A program made the position numbers and the translations under genes. The notes under the pieces were generated by a model. It saw nothing but the letters and a program-made list of their open reading frames with translations, was not told the origin of the DNA and did not search any database. This document shows, in pieces, positions 1-13,309 of a stretch of 64,000 nt of DNA. Every line of letters begins with the position of its first letter. Position 1 is the stretch's first letter. The stretch is from Eledone cirrhosa (lineage: Eukaryota). The stretch lies in contig OZ024751.1 in the NCBI GenBank assembly GCA_964016885.1, forward strand, positions 37,696,001 through 37,760,000. The letters are read 5' to 3'.

Positions 1-1012
1 CATTGTTCCTAGTTCCGTTTAGGATTAACATGGTTTCGCATGCGTGTCATTTAGAATTAAGTAACATTTATGTCATAGCTAATGGCATACCAAATTGAAT
101 TACTTGGGTAATTTTAGCCTTCTGCATTAATTTCGTTTGAATCTCAGTGTGGTTAACTTCTAGCTCACAGCACGGAGGATTCTTAGTCAGATTTGCATAT
201 TCTAATATGACTGAGAAATGCGTGGTTTCATATTTAACTTTCACTAGAATATTACTAACATGATATCACTAATCGTATCCACGTTACGCACTATTTTACT
301 ACATTCTTGATTTCAAGTATTAGATATTAAGTTAAAGGATCTATTAATTTATTTAAATCAGTACATAGCAAAGATATGATGAGTTGAGTCAATTGATATC
401 GCTACTGAGATTAGAGAAATATGTGATATTGAAGCTAAGGTGACCTGGTTATTTCGCCACAGTTATTTGTACACATTACCGATTGTGAATGGCCGTATAT
501 TATATCCTTGAGGTTTCTAAAACATTATCGCATGATTTATGATAATATATTCTCCATTAACTGCAGCGATGGGCATTTAGTACTTCAATGAACGGAGCGA
601 CCAGCTCCAATTTAACCTTTAAGTATTTCACTATTCCACAGAAACGTTCAGTCAACGTATTTCTCAGGCCAAATCAGGGTGACAGAATATTTGACAAGGC
701 TGTATCTTTCAATTACGGACTCAATCCCTTGGAAGAGCTCCTACAGAGTTTCCGTTTGATCGAATTAACTGACAATGAATGGGTGAAACCTGGGCATTAT
801 CAAAGAGATATTTGCAAGACGTGAAGAAGCGCGTCGAAGAAAAGATCTCGTGATCGTGTAGTAAACTACTTGAGCATTTAACCATAACATCGTCTATGAT
901 TTGGAGCTGCGAAATATATTTTGTGGTGAGATATGGTTCGTTTTGTGTTTTTGTATTCACTTACTTTTATTTGATATGGGTAGGGTTAAGAGAGAAGACT
1001 GCACATCATGTT

Positions 1013-1045
<33 letters not shown>

Positions 1046-1177
1046 GCAGAAGATTCTATTTAATGTTGTTGGGATACAACAAGTAAATATTTTTATAACT
1101 GATATAAAGCACTCGACACATATTTGGAGTAGATATACGATATTAATAAATGGAAACTATATTTATAAAACCATATT

Positions 1178-1242
1178 TATTTCATTATACATATTTCAGG
1201 GATACCACATTAAATTATGGTATGCCTTCATCAGACAAAATA
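1178..1242 (-). ncRNA. Minimal type-I hammerhead ribozyme (family A)
   Basis: Minus strand reads UAUUUUGU-CUGAUGA-[AGGC AUACCAUA..UGUGGUAU CCCU]-GAAA-UAUGUAUA^AUGAAAUA. Stem I is 8 bp, stem III is the self-complementary AUAUGUAU, and the triplet is AUA. Confidence 0.8.
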
Positions 1243-1409
1243 CAATATATAACAGTTTTACAAATAGGTTTGACGTACCCTTTAAAATACAACCATTACT
1301 TTTGGAGGCAGCCTCCAAAAGTAATGGTTGTATTTTAAAAGGTACGTCAAAAGTAATGGTTGTATTTTAAAGGGTACGTCAAACCTATTTGTAAAACTGT
1401 TATATATTG

Positions 1410-1474
1410 TATTTTCTCTGATGAAGGCATACCATAATTTAATGTGGTATCCCTGAAATATGTATATTGAAATA
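1410..1474 (+). ncRNA. Hammerhead ribozyme (family A, inverted arm; stem I mismatched)
   Basis: CTGATGA at 1418-1424 and GAAA at 1455-1458. Two substitutions weaken the proximal stem I. Confidence 0.65.
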
Positions 1475-1513
1475 AATATGGTTTTATAAATATAGTTTCC
1501 ATTTATTAATATC

Positions 1514-1550
<37 letters not shown>

Positions 1551-1947
1551 TACATACACAGACACACACATCGAAAAACTAAGTCTCCTTCAGTGTAATG
1601 TCCAGAGGTGAAAATGTGTTGTATAAGTAAAACATACTTATCTGTAATATAAAATGAAATATTTCCGAGGGCAGATTTATATAGGTAAGTGTAGTCTCTG
1701 TAATAGACCAATTTATTGTTTCATTGATGCGGTTCCCCTTCAAACTTAATATACGTTACAAGAGTGATGTTCAGTTCATTTTACTGGGAGAGGTGGAGGT
1801 GTTATGGAATATGGTAAAGTGGTTTTATCTTACGTCTCTATCTGCTTCTATGACTGACACTTCAAAACTCCATTTAATTGTATACACTGCTCTATCGTGA
1901 CGTATGTACACACATGTATATATAGGCATATTTTTACACACACACAC

Positions 1948-2011
<64 letters not shown>

Positions 2012-2264
2012 GTGTGTGTATGTATGTATGTACATACATATATTTGTGTGTGTGTTTATGTGTATGCAATTCTAGGAATGTATATTTTTCTTTATTTTCT
2101 CCATATTAAAGTGTTATATTTGCCTTTAAATTATCCTCCGTTGGTTTTTTTCTTTTTATTTAGGTAAGAATAAGTTAAATATTTCTATGATAAAAGGAGG
2201 ACAGGTAAAAAGACAGTACTAAGACGATAATAGTTTAACGCTTGAAATAGTGAGAAATAAATGT

Positions 2265-2615
2265 TAATGATTAAAGGATAGGCCTTAATCGAATGAATCA
2301 AATCCTGTACATATCTGATTCTTATTGAATACATACAGGTGCAAATATAAACATGTAGCTACAAATGAAAAACAATATAAGCGCCGAAACATCTTGATCT
2401 CGGTTTTTACAGCTGATGAAGGATTCCTTTCTTCTTTTCTTTTCTTCTCTTGTTTCTTCCCACTCAGAGAAAACTAGTTTCGTCTCATATGTAATTTTAC
2501 CTTTTTGTATTTCATTTGTAGCTACATTTTTATATTTGCACCTGTATGTATTCAATGAGAATCAGATATGTACTGGGTTTGATTCAATCGATTAAGGCCT
2601 ATCCTTTAAACATTA
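2265..2615. mobile_element. Fold-back/MITE-like element with ~110-bp terminal inverted repeats
   Basis: 2265-2375 is the near-perfect reverse complement of 2505-2615, around a ~130-bp spacer. Confidence 0.7.
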
Positions 2616-3161
2616 TTGAATTGTATTAATACGTGAGATTATAATTCACTTGTCAGATTTTTGAAATACATTTATAATTGCGAAATAATTTCTTAATTAC
2701 CTTTGATTAAATCTTATTTTCTGCAACATTTTAAATGACATTTACAAAAAAAAAAAAAAAAAAAAAAAAAATGTCTTAATTGAATATTTCTCAGAGAAGC
2801 GATAAATATTATCAAGTAATAGAATTGCCTTTGTCCTTATTTTTCAGTTATACTTGATCATTGATCCCGCTATAATTTTGATTATGTAAATCAATGATCA
2901 AAAGGATTCAATAATTGACCATCCGTTTTTTTATTGATTTGGTTTTGTTTTCAATCAGTAGTCGATATTATTCAATATGTTCTTCCTCTTGGAGATAGTT
3001 GGCTGTAATATGATCGACATTTGGCTGTTATTTTTATCATAGAGCGCTACCACTTAGTACTCTTTTGCTGCTGATCCTAATCAGCTGAGCACGAATGGGT
3101 TTTCGTTCGTACTTAGCTATAACTGCATATCATATCGATAGACAAGCATCATGAGAACGCT

Positions 3162-3320
3162 TGGTATAGTAGCTAAGTTATTGGAACAAGTATCACAAGG
3201 ACTTGGGTTCGATTTCTGGACCTGGCACTGTATTGTCTCCTTGAACAAGGCGCTTCATTTCTAGTTCATCCAGTCTACCCAGCTGAAGAAAAGATATTTG
3301 CCAGCAGCTGGGGTTAACCT
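3162..3320 (+). mobile_element. Degenerate tRNA-derived CORE-type SINE
   Basis: B-box gggttcgattt followed by CORE-like tgtctccttgaacaaggcgctt. Similar to 8790-8922. Confidence 0.55.
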
Positions 3321-3854
3321 ATATACCAGACAAGTGACAGGTTCGGCGAGACAGGACCCTACAATTAAGGCCCCCAAGAAATCACATATGTAATGCAACT
3401 AAAGAAAAGGTAGCCTTCCGTTGACGTAGGTCTAGTCAGAACGATAATTATTGAAATATATAATCAAACACGAACTGTAAAATTTTCAAATAAATTAAAT
3501 AAGATAAAAACATTTTAAAAAGCAATCTAATGTCTTGTAACGTCACACTAATGGCATATTTCAAGATATTAATTTTGGAATTGAATTCGTGACATTCAAA
3601 TGAATTTTTACTTAATAATTGAAAATCATTGATGTATTAATCTGACATGAATGTCAAAAAGAAAATAATAATAATAAAGATGATAATAATAATAATAATA
3701 ATAATAATGATAATAATAATATGAACTACCATATCTTCTGCGATATCTTAGTTATAATAACTGTCACATATTTATCACAAGGTGGATTATGAATTTGAAT
3801 ATACAGACTGCAAAACCGTTTTCTCTCATCAAACGCACCTCTCTCTCTCTCTCC

Positions 3855-3919
<65 letters not shown>

Positions 3920-4184
3920 GTGTGTGTTTGTAGATATATAAACTTTAATCAATTTTGCAAACGATATAGCCGTTTTCTGAAAGCAATTATAAAACTTTAA
4001 AAGATTAAAAGCAATAACATAGTGTCTCATATTTCGAGAAAAGGAATGTCTTCATAGACATAGATGTCACGTTAGATATATTATTTAGTCACTTTGATCA
4101 TTGAATGCTTAGTAAACTCTCTACAGTTAAGCAAGAGGCGTTGTGGGTATGTTGATACAAATATATGTCGCTAATCTTCGCTGT

Positions 4185-4325
4185 GACTTAAAGGAATTCG
4201 CTGTGCAACCATGTTGTTTAAGGGTTCGATCCTACTGTATTACAACTTGGACTACTATAGCAGCGGATCAGTCCAAGACTCATAAGTTGAAATACAAAGA
4301 CGAAATCTTTGCGAAAACTCATCGA
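4185..4325 (+). mobile_element. Degenerate SINE
   Basis: caaccatg..gggttcgatcctactg..ctactatagc resembles a common octopus SINE body (from recall). Confidence 0.4.
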
Positions 4326-4357
4326 TGGGGTTATTCTTATCAGTGAAGGCTCCATGG

Positions 4358-4560
4358 CGGTGAATTGACAATATTGGGAGAGCGTCGGACAACATGTTTT
4401 GCAGAATAGAGTTACGCTCCTTTACCTTCTTATGTGAAATCCTGCCAAGGTAAGATTTTTCCTTTCATCCTTACGGGATCGATAAAATAAAGCACTAGTA
4501 ACGTATTTCGTTCGATTTAATCGAGTTTCCCCACTTCCCATCAATCTGCTGGTCTCGTGC
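4358..4560 (+). mobile_element. Degenerate tRNA-derived SINE with Deu/Nin-like core
   Basis: cctttcatccttacgggatcgataaaataaagcactag is homologous to the copy at 59792-59980. Confidence 0.6.
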
Positions 4561-6652
4561 CAACAAGTAGAAACATTTATTGAATTATACAACTTTGAAA
4601 GTTTCATCAATGTCATTTTCCAAAGCTGATTCAACTTCTGAGTTATGTTAAGGCTACAGGTGTCTGTGGAAATCTTAAACATTTACATTCTAATTAACGA
4701 GACTGGTAGTCACATCACAATACTCATCTTCGAAATCAACGGATGATCAATCACACCTCTGTAATAAACTGCATGTAATACAAGTTAAAGTATAACAGCT
4801 GTTATGTAATGAAGAGGTCGTATCCGTTTTAGCTTTAAGGACATGAACTTTCATCTGTCTATACAATGAATTATATGGCGAAACACTGAGTGCTATAATG
4901 TTGTTACAATGTTAACAGAAAAATAAGTGTCGTGTTTTTCATGAACTATGATCTAACAACATAGTTTTCTTGTCATTAAGTATATTATGTTAGAGATAAA
5001 CAAAGGTATGGATCAAAACAGCAGACCATTGGTAATATATATTAAAAATGTATTTGATTTGATAAGTGGAAAGCAGCTGTTAACGCAACGCCAACGTCGT
5101 TATTGAAGCAATAAAGCTGGTATTACAAATATTATACTATTTTTTTCATTGATTCTATAATTGGCTTATAACAGCCTGCTGTGATATAACAGTGATAACC
5201 ATAAAATTCTCTCTAATTTACTTAGAAAACTCGTGGATTTCATCATATTTCCATAGCGTAGGAATAAATCTTACGGAAACATACTTGATGTTGTCGTTTA
5301 TATTAGTAAATTTTTAACTAAACAACGCTAGTACAGCGATTTATTGCAAACAAACAATAATCTAAAAATATATTTCAATAATAATATTTCAGATCAAACA
5401 AATTACATTTTTATGGCAACTACTAAACTCGCAGACGAGACTCCTCATAAGCTCAGAATACGACATAATTCATTTAATGTATTGGTTATTTTTCAAAGGA
5501 AAAATATATAACATTTAATAGATTCATAATGACTAACAGAATGTTAAGAGAAAATAAGAGAATGGACATGACATTTTACATTGTAATAGAATTGGAACTA
5601 TATTGTATAAAGTGTTGTTTATATACGGAAGCGAATCGCAGCCAAACACTTGAAATTATGTTACGCAGTGTAGAAACAGTCATTATAAACTCATACAAAA
5701 TATGACTTCTGATATCCTCACCTGTCTTGTGTGTTGTTGCAATGTGTTACGGGTAGCAAGTTAAATATGAAGTGAGTTCTTTTGTAGTATAATGAATATC
5801 ATATTAAAGAATGATGTGGTTTAAAAGTTTTAAAAGTCTTCAGATTACGCACAGACTAGAATATATTGATAAGAGGACTTATTTTATCGATCTTTTTTAG
5901 TCGAACCGCTAAGATAGAGAGCGTATACAGAGAAACGCACACATATTTACATACATGTACATAAACCTATATATACATACACGTATATCTATGTCTCTCT
6001 CTCTGTCTCTCTCTCTATATATATATATATCTCTCTCTATATATATATATATCTCTCTCTGTATATATATATATATATATATATATAAACACGCACACAC
6101 ACAATCAAGTAAGAACTCGGATACATCTAAACTACGTGTATTTAGATGACATTAAATGTTAAATACAATCATGAAAGATTGCTGAATCTAAATTATTTTC
6201 TGTTTGGTTTTAACATCTGAGCTTATATCGGGGTCGAATTCTCCTCTATATATCTGAATACAATAAGATAAATTCGTAAACGAGGAGCGATAGACACCTT
6301 CAGGTTTATATGTTCAAGACACGCGATATACCATAAATTACGTCCCGAGACCAGACCAGACCAGAAAATAAGGGCCCACAAGCAACACACACGTTTCAGA
6401 AGTATTGAATGTCTCCACAGCCAATGGATTGTGTGGCTTCTCTGTAAACTTGTGATATATAAGCTTTCTCTTAATGTATTTCTGTGTGTATTTAAATGCT
6501 CGTTTCCTCTATTAATTCAAGAAATTGTTTGAAACTTCCTATCCAGGTTTTCGTTTTCATCTATCGTCTGTCTCAGAAGGTCTATAAACATATCGATAAA
6601 TACACTTCATTTCCTAACATCATTAACTATTCATATATAAAAAAAAACATAC

Positions 6653-6725
<73 letters not shown>

Positions 6726-7129
6726 ATGTGTGTATGTATGTATGTATGATGTGTACGTATGTATGTTTTAAAAAGAGCATTCCCATTAGGTTTCACCTTC
6801 TTAGGTTTGTCTCAGTAGGCAAGCGTAGCATTTTCCCTTCAACGAAGATTTCGCTGAGTGGTTGAATGTGTGCTATGAGTCGGAAGGAATGAGATGAAAG
6901 AGCCACAAGGTACGGCCATTAAGCATTGCTTTAACAGAGAACTGCAGTTCCTACGAGAATCTGCTTTCTTCTCTCTAATGCATAGTTCGAAGCGGTCCGT
7001 CAAAAGCGTAGACACTAAAATACTGGATGATGAACGGCTATTTGATCAGTAGTTTTATATATATATATAAGTATGTGTATGTATATATACATATGTATAT
7101 ATATATATATATATATATAAAAGTATGTG

Positions 7130-7187
<58 letters not shown>

Positions 7188-7821
7188 TATGTGTATGTGT
7201 CTGTAAATATATATTTATATATATATATACGTATGCGCTGTCTCTAAATATATATATACACACGTAACTGAACGTATTTTCTAACAAGAAATATATACCC
7301 ATTTGTAAAAGCATTTGATCATTCGTGTTCTTTTTGTTTTTACTTTTTACCTTTTATTCCAGTTGCTTCCAACCACCATAGAGTTGCTAGTAGAGGTAGT
7401 AGATAAGATCTTACATATATTTGTGTATGTATGTGTTTCCATAAACTACGTCTCTCAACCTGTCAGCACAAGAGAAGTACCATTTTAATAGCATTACTTA
7501 AATGTTATTTAAAACATCAGTCTTTGCATTTATTCTGATACGCGAATAATATGAATGTATATATATATATACATATATATCCACATACATATACATATAT
7601 ATGCATACCTATACATATATACACATAAACATACATATATATACATATATATATACATACCTATACCTATATACACATACCTATATACACATACCTATAC
7701 ATATATACACATACCTATACATATATATACAAACCTATACATATATATACAAATGTATACCTATATATATGTGTATATATATATATACAATTTTCCCTCC
7801 TGCAACTTTCTTTGTTTTCCA

Positions 7822-7856
<35 letters not shown>

Positions 7857-8492
7857 GTATATAGATAGATATGTGTGTATGTATGTATATACGCGAGTAA
7901 ACAAATACAGTAATACATGTTCATATCATTTTAAATATATATGTATGTCTGTTCATGTGGTAACGGTGTATGAGTTTACATGAGGAAGTGTATCGCAGTC
8001 TTTATATATGGATTTAAGTATAATACTAGTTAACAAGCGCACACATACACACACAAACATATATATATATATATATATATATATGTGCGTGTTTGTGTGT
8101 GTGTGTGTGTGTGTATGTGTGTGTTCGTGTACACGCCAACAATTTATTCGTGAATACATTTTAATGTAAACACACTGTACCATACTTCATCGCTGTGTTC
8201 TGTAGAGGTTCCACAGATATATACAAATACGATAGAAAGCACCGCTGCAGTCGCCGTAGTCAAGAAACACTAACATAGCTTGCAATCATCCAGAGATGAA
8301 ATATCCAAACATACGACATGGTTATCTATAGATACATCTAAAGAAGGTATATTTAGATGTCACTTGGGACAAATATACATACAAAAGATTGGTGAATCGA
8401 AAATATCTTCACATTCTTTTAAAAGTAGTAATGTATGTGGTTGGAAACGGCTGCAAATATCATATCGTATAGCATATATATATATTTATGGA

Positions 8493-8566
8493 GTCTCTGT
8501 GGCGCAATTGGTTAGCGCGTTCTGCCATTAACCGAAAGGTTGGTAGTTCGAATCGTCCTAGTGATG
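8493..8566 (+). pseudogene. tRNA-Asn pseudogene (anticodon loop CCATTAA)
   Basis: 74 nt, closely matching metazoan tRNA-Asn-GTT (GTCTCTGTGGCGCAAT.GGTTAGCGCGTTC...AACCGAAAGGTTGGT.GTTCGA). Mismatches in the anticodon, T and acceptor stems. Confidence 0.8.
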
Positions 8567-8789
8567 AAATTATACAATACTTTTCAATTAACAAATTAAG
8601 GTAAAAGACTAATTGTCAGCGCTATCATTTACAATCATAATCTATCTCCAAACCTGCATTGTTCTGGCCTTCTAACTTCTATCGATCTATCTATCTATAT
8701 ATAGGAAGACGATCGACTTTCGTCAAATCGGACCGAGGGAACAATGTCTCCGTTGGTCTTTCCAATTGCTAATACTATCTATCGGTCGC

Positions 8790-8922
8790 AACTCCAGGTA
8801 GAAGGAGCAACGTGAAATAAAGTGTCTTGCTCAAGGACATAACGCATCGCTTGGTCCGGGAATCGAACTCACAACCTCACGATTGCGAATCTAATTCTCT
8901 AACCACTCAGCCACGCGCCTCC
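8790..8922 (-). mobile_element. tRNA-derived CORE SINE
   Basis: Minus strand: A-box (gtggctgagtggtt), B-box (gagttcgattccc), then CORE tgtccttgagcaagacactt. Confidence 0.75.
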
Positions 8923-9178
8923 ATATACATATATATATACAGAGAGAGACACGTAGTCATGTATTGAAATATAACGACCTAACGCAGATGACGGTAAATA
9001 GTTGAAACTGATGGCAGAGAAATATGTATTGCAGCCATTATGAATAAAATGAATTATGAATATCTACAGAAACCTCAGAATATAGGTACAACTTATGACG
9101 CTTATGTTGAATCTATAAGCAGCATATGTGTCATGATTGGTGTGTTTATCTCAAATCCTAATAAAACAACACACACAC

Positions 9179-9212
<34 letters not shown>

Positions 9213-9264
9213 TATTTACATATGTTCATGTATTTATACAAGTGTGTGCGTATGTGCGTTTGTG

Positions 9265-9300
<36 letters not shown>

Positions 9301-9668
9301 CTGTTAGATGTTTATCATTAGTAGTATTGTTATTAATATTTTTATTATATAGGCTAAGGTAGATATATTATATCTATAAGCCTTGATTTAATTTTCAAAC
9401 TTCTATAACCCACTTTTTCTCAATGAAAGTTTATAACCTAATCAAAATGATTCCACATTACTGAGTTACCTACCTTTGTTTCCTCCCTACTATTGAAATT
9501 AAATGTAACTTTGATGTTAATTGAATTATTCTGGAGAGGAATATTCTAACTTAGCTACACTTAATATATTTAGGATATTTTCAGCTGTGTACAATACAGA
9601 ATGCATGTATCTCTTGCGTATATAATGAGACAAAAAACCTGGGATCTTTATAATTTTATGTTGAACAC

Positions 9669-9784
<116 letters not shown>

Positions 9785-10004
9785 GTGTGTGTGTGTATGT
9801 TAGGAATGTGTGTGTATATGTATATATATATATATATAATTAATATATATATATACATATACACATATATATATACATAATTTATATATATATATACATA
9901 TACACATATATATATAATTAATATATATATATATATATATACATATACACATATATATATATATAATTTATATATATATACATATACACATATATATATA
10001 ATTA

Positions 10005-10035
<31 letters not shown>

Positions 10036-10163
10036 CACACACATTCCTAACACACACACACAAATATATATATCCATATACATTAAGTATATATTAAGTA
10101 TATATTAATATACACATATACATAATTATACATAAATATATATACGCACACATTATATATATA

Positions 10164-10432
10164 TATCTATCTATCTATCTATCTATCTAAAGCGGGTAAA
10201 ATTCCCGAGATCCATGGACGAGTTCTCTCCAGCGGTCTCTGTCCCTCATTATCGCTGCCATATCCTGCATCTCCAACAGACCAGTGTCTGTCCTTAGGGC
10301 ATCAACATATGTTAACCTTGGTCTTCCTCTTCTAGTGTGTCCATGTAGGGGCTCCCAAAGGAGCACTGAGTGCAATGTCAACTTTGGATGTCGGTGAGCA
10401 TGTCCAGCCAACCTCAGTCTCCTCTGTGTCAC
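10164..10432 (-). mobile_element. 5'-truncated RTE-clade LINE 3' end with (TAGA)n tail
   Basis: QRRLRLAGH..R..LLWEP..G..RRGRPRLTYVD..RDRDRWR is a typical RTE ORF C-terminus. The stop is followed directly by TAGA repeats. Confidence 0.8.
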
Positions 10433-10971
10433 ACATATATTTAAGGGGAAATATTAGCAGATTAGGCCCAATGAAACGACAGTTTCATCTTCTGTCACTA
10501 CAGATTATGCAATAATTCAATTTCAATACGTATGTTAGGGCAGGGAGTCAAACAGCTGCTGTGGGCCACTTTTAAGGTTTCACCTACTGAGAGATAAACA
10601 AGGAACACAGATACGAATTTATATTTCGACTAAATAGTATAGTACATGAGAGAAAGCGAAGGAATCTAGAGATTCTTTAAAGCGACGTTTATTAGCAGAT
10701 TTGGTAATGTAGGATAATATGTAGTATGATGTATGGCTCTTTACATACTGATTAAAAATCCTATCAAGGGCCCCTCTGCATATGGCCCACCCGTGGTTGA
10801 TAAAATAAGGTACCAGTTTCGTCAGGGTTGGATTTCGACCTTAGGGGTCCCATCGCACTAAAGGTTTGGTGGGGTGTCTCTTGCACAAGAAATTTGAATA
10901 TACATTTTACGTATCAAAATATATTTGAAACACATTTCGTCTCAATATAAATAATAAATAACTAATTATTT

Positions 10972-11140
10972 TTAGTTTTGGCACAAGGCCAGCAATTACC
11001 CAGTGTATTACTGGTACTTTATTTTATCGACACCGTAAGAATGAAAGGCAAAGTTAACATCGGCGGGATTTGAACTCAGAACGGCAAGGGCCGAAATTCT
11101 ATGTCCGACCCTCCGCTGATACTGCCAATCTACCACCCTA
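10972..11140 (-). mobile_element. tRNA-derived SINE (Deu/Nin-like core)
   Basis: ggcacaaggccagcaatt..actggtactttattttatcga..atgaaaggcaaag..gatttgaactcag; multiple copies in the window. Confidence 0.8.
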
Positions 11141-11811
11141 ATATAAATAACTATAATATCAGTTGATAACTATAGTTAAAAATTAAATAAATCGGGTAAA
11201 GTATCCTTGGAGACGGAATAGTGGATAGTGACGTTTTATTTAAATATTCAATTATAGCTATCTGCAATGTGACGAATCTATTTGTGTGTGCGGGTGCGTG
11301 TCGCAAGTGCTCTGTACCTACTGCCATGCCATCGCTGTCTTTTGTTAAACGATCTCATATTTGATCTATCTACAAAATGTTTCACTAAATTGTCCAAGAT
11401 TGTTTGCAAATATTTTCAAAATATCCCGTCTGTTTCAAGCTCAATTTTTATTAATACACTATAATATAATTTTCCTTGTCTTGAAGCATCGTGCTTACTT
11501 GCTTTTCATATTTCCGATTCAATCATGCGTCTTGGCTTCATCTAATATTTATGTGTAATTCTATAAGTAAAGTTGCCAGAGACAAACAGATCCAGCAACA
11601 ACCAACACACTTATTTCACTACTAACACAATTGATATTATTACAAATAGTATCAACAGTAGTAGTAGTAGTTGTAGTAGTAGTATAATTCTTCAAGTATG
11701 TTACTACGAAGACTATTTCTATCTCTAGTATTGCTATTACTACTATTAATAAGAATACGAAGAGAATGACGAAACAAACGGAGTGAAATGTGAACGAAGA
11801 AATAATATATT

Positions 11812-12092
11812 TGTTTCTACTTTAAGCACAAGGCCAGCAATTAACCAGTGCATTACTGGTACTTTATTTTATCGACCCCGTAAGGATGAAAGGCAAAGAT
11901 ATTCTAATATATTATAATTGTTTCTATTTTTGGCACAATGCCATTAGTTAACCAGTACATTACTGGTACTTTATTTTATCGACCCAGTAAGGATGAAAGA
12001 CAAAGTGAACCTCGGCGGGATTTGAACTCAGAATGGCAAGGGCCGTAACTCAAAGCATGGCATCCGACGCTCTACCGATACTGTCAATCCAC
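11812..12092 (-). mobile_element. Two tandem SINE copies (partial 11812-11898, near-full 11920-12092)
   Basis: Same family as 10972-11140. Confidence 0.8.
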
Positions 12093-12095
12093 ATA

Positions 12096-12275
12096 CGAGG
12101 AACGGCTGAAACGTTCAGTGGATGACTCCCGTGGAAGTATGCCACATTTTTTAACATAGTCCCTGGAATGAAATAATGCAGTTATCAATAAGAGTTGAAA
12201 TTAATGCATGCAAGATTTCATAGCTCTAGCATCAATACTTCATAGTCAGTCTATGAACTGTTCATCCTCAATTCG
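12096..12275. mobile_element. Degenerate Tc1/mariner-type MITE
   Basis: TA-cgagg..gctgaaacgttca at the left end and tgaactgttcatcc..tcg-TA at the right form imperfect TIRs with TA flanks. Confidence 0.45.
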
Positions 12276-12539
12276 TATACATTAGGTTATATATTAAGGG
12301 GACAACTAAGGTTTAAGAGATGGAAACCACTGTTTGGCTCCCTTAATTGTATTGTCTCCCCTTCCAATGTATGATGGTAGATAACATTTGTTCACATTAG
12401 AATAATAATTCTAATTTCTGCTGAAATCAAAGAATTGAAAGTGATTATATCGACCGTAGTATTGAACTCGTTCTGTAATCATATCGCCCTCCATTTATCG
12501 GAATGATTGTAGACAAGGGTGTCCACATGAAAATAATCA

Positions 12540-12760
12540 TTACTTCTAATTTAAGTAAAAGGCCAGCAATTGGCTAATGGGGAAATTCGATTAGATTGAT
12601 GAGAGTACTAGAAATTCACTGTACTTTATAGACTTTGGAAATATGTAAAACAAAGTCGTACTCGGTGATGTTTGGGCATAGAGAGCCGGAAGTAAACACT
12701 GCAAACCCTTCGAAGCTCTGCAAAGTTTGCCAAATAAGGGATATTAACTTAGGTTGAAGA
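12540..12760 (-). mobile_element. Highly degenerate SINE
   Basis: aaggccagcaatt and caaagtcgtactcggtgatgtttg resemble the main SINE family. Confidence 0.4.
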
Positions 12761-12882
12761 CCTGTAATTTGTGGGGAGTAGAAAGTTGAATATATCGACC
12801 ACATTATTTGACAGGAAAGTATGTGTATCTATATGTGTATACACACATATGTGCATATATGTGTGTGTATACATACGGGAGA

Positions 12883-12951
<69 letters not shown>

Positions 12952-13309
12952 GCTACGTGCTCAATCTCCTACACTGCATATCATCACATAAAATGTTGCA
13001 GTACAAGATTACATAAGGACATCAGTTATGAGAGCGATCAGAAGGAAGATATCAATACAATGCATGAAGTACGCATGCGCTGTTCAGCCTGTAACTATTG
13101 TTACTAACATTGAGTTCTGCAAATGTCATCCCGAAAAAAAAAAACACACACACACACACATTACACACCCACACACACACACATATATATATACACGCAA
13201 AAACAAGGAAAACAATGCTTAACCCTCTACATGTATCACACCCCACCCAGTACCGACATTATCGAGAACGCAGCCATTATTTATAAGATCAAAGAAAATA
13301 TAAAAGATA

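Larger units (their letters stand above)
1046..1516. mobile_element. Family A fold-back hammerhead element, copy A1 (Penelope-like pLTR / retrozyme), in (TA)n
   Basis: Inverted arms ~1133-1309 and 1311-1516, centred on ggaggc-a-gcctcc. Extra ~88-nt tail on the left (1046-1132). (TA)n on both sides. Homologous to 60183-60570 and 61470-62154. Confidence 0.85.

Noticed and set aside
8985-9015. Possible hammerhead cagatga..gaaac
   Set aside because: The core is mutated, stem II is weak, and no stem I or NUH fits.
10541-10800. hAT/Charlie-like MITE
   Set aside because: Only vague end similarity, with no convincing second TIR or TSD.
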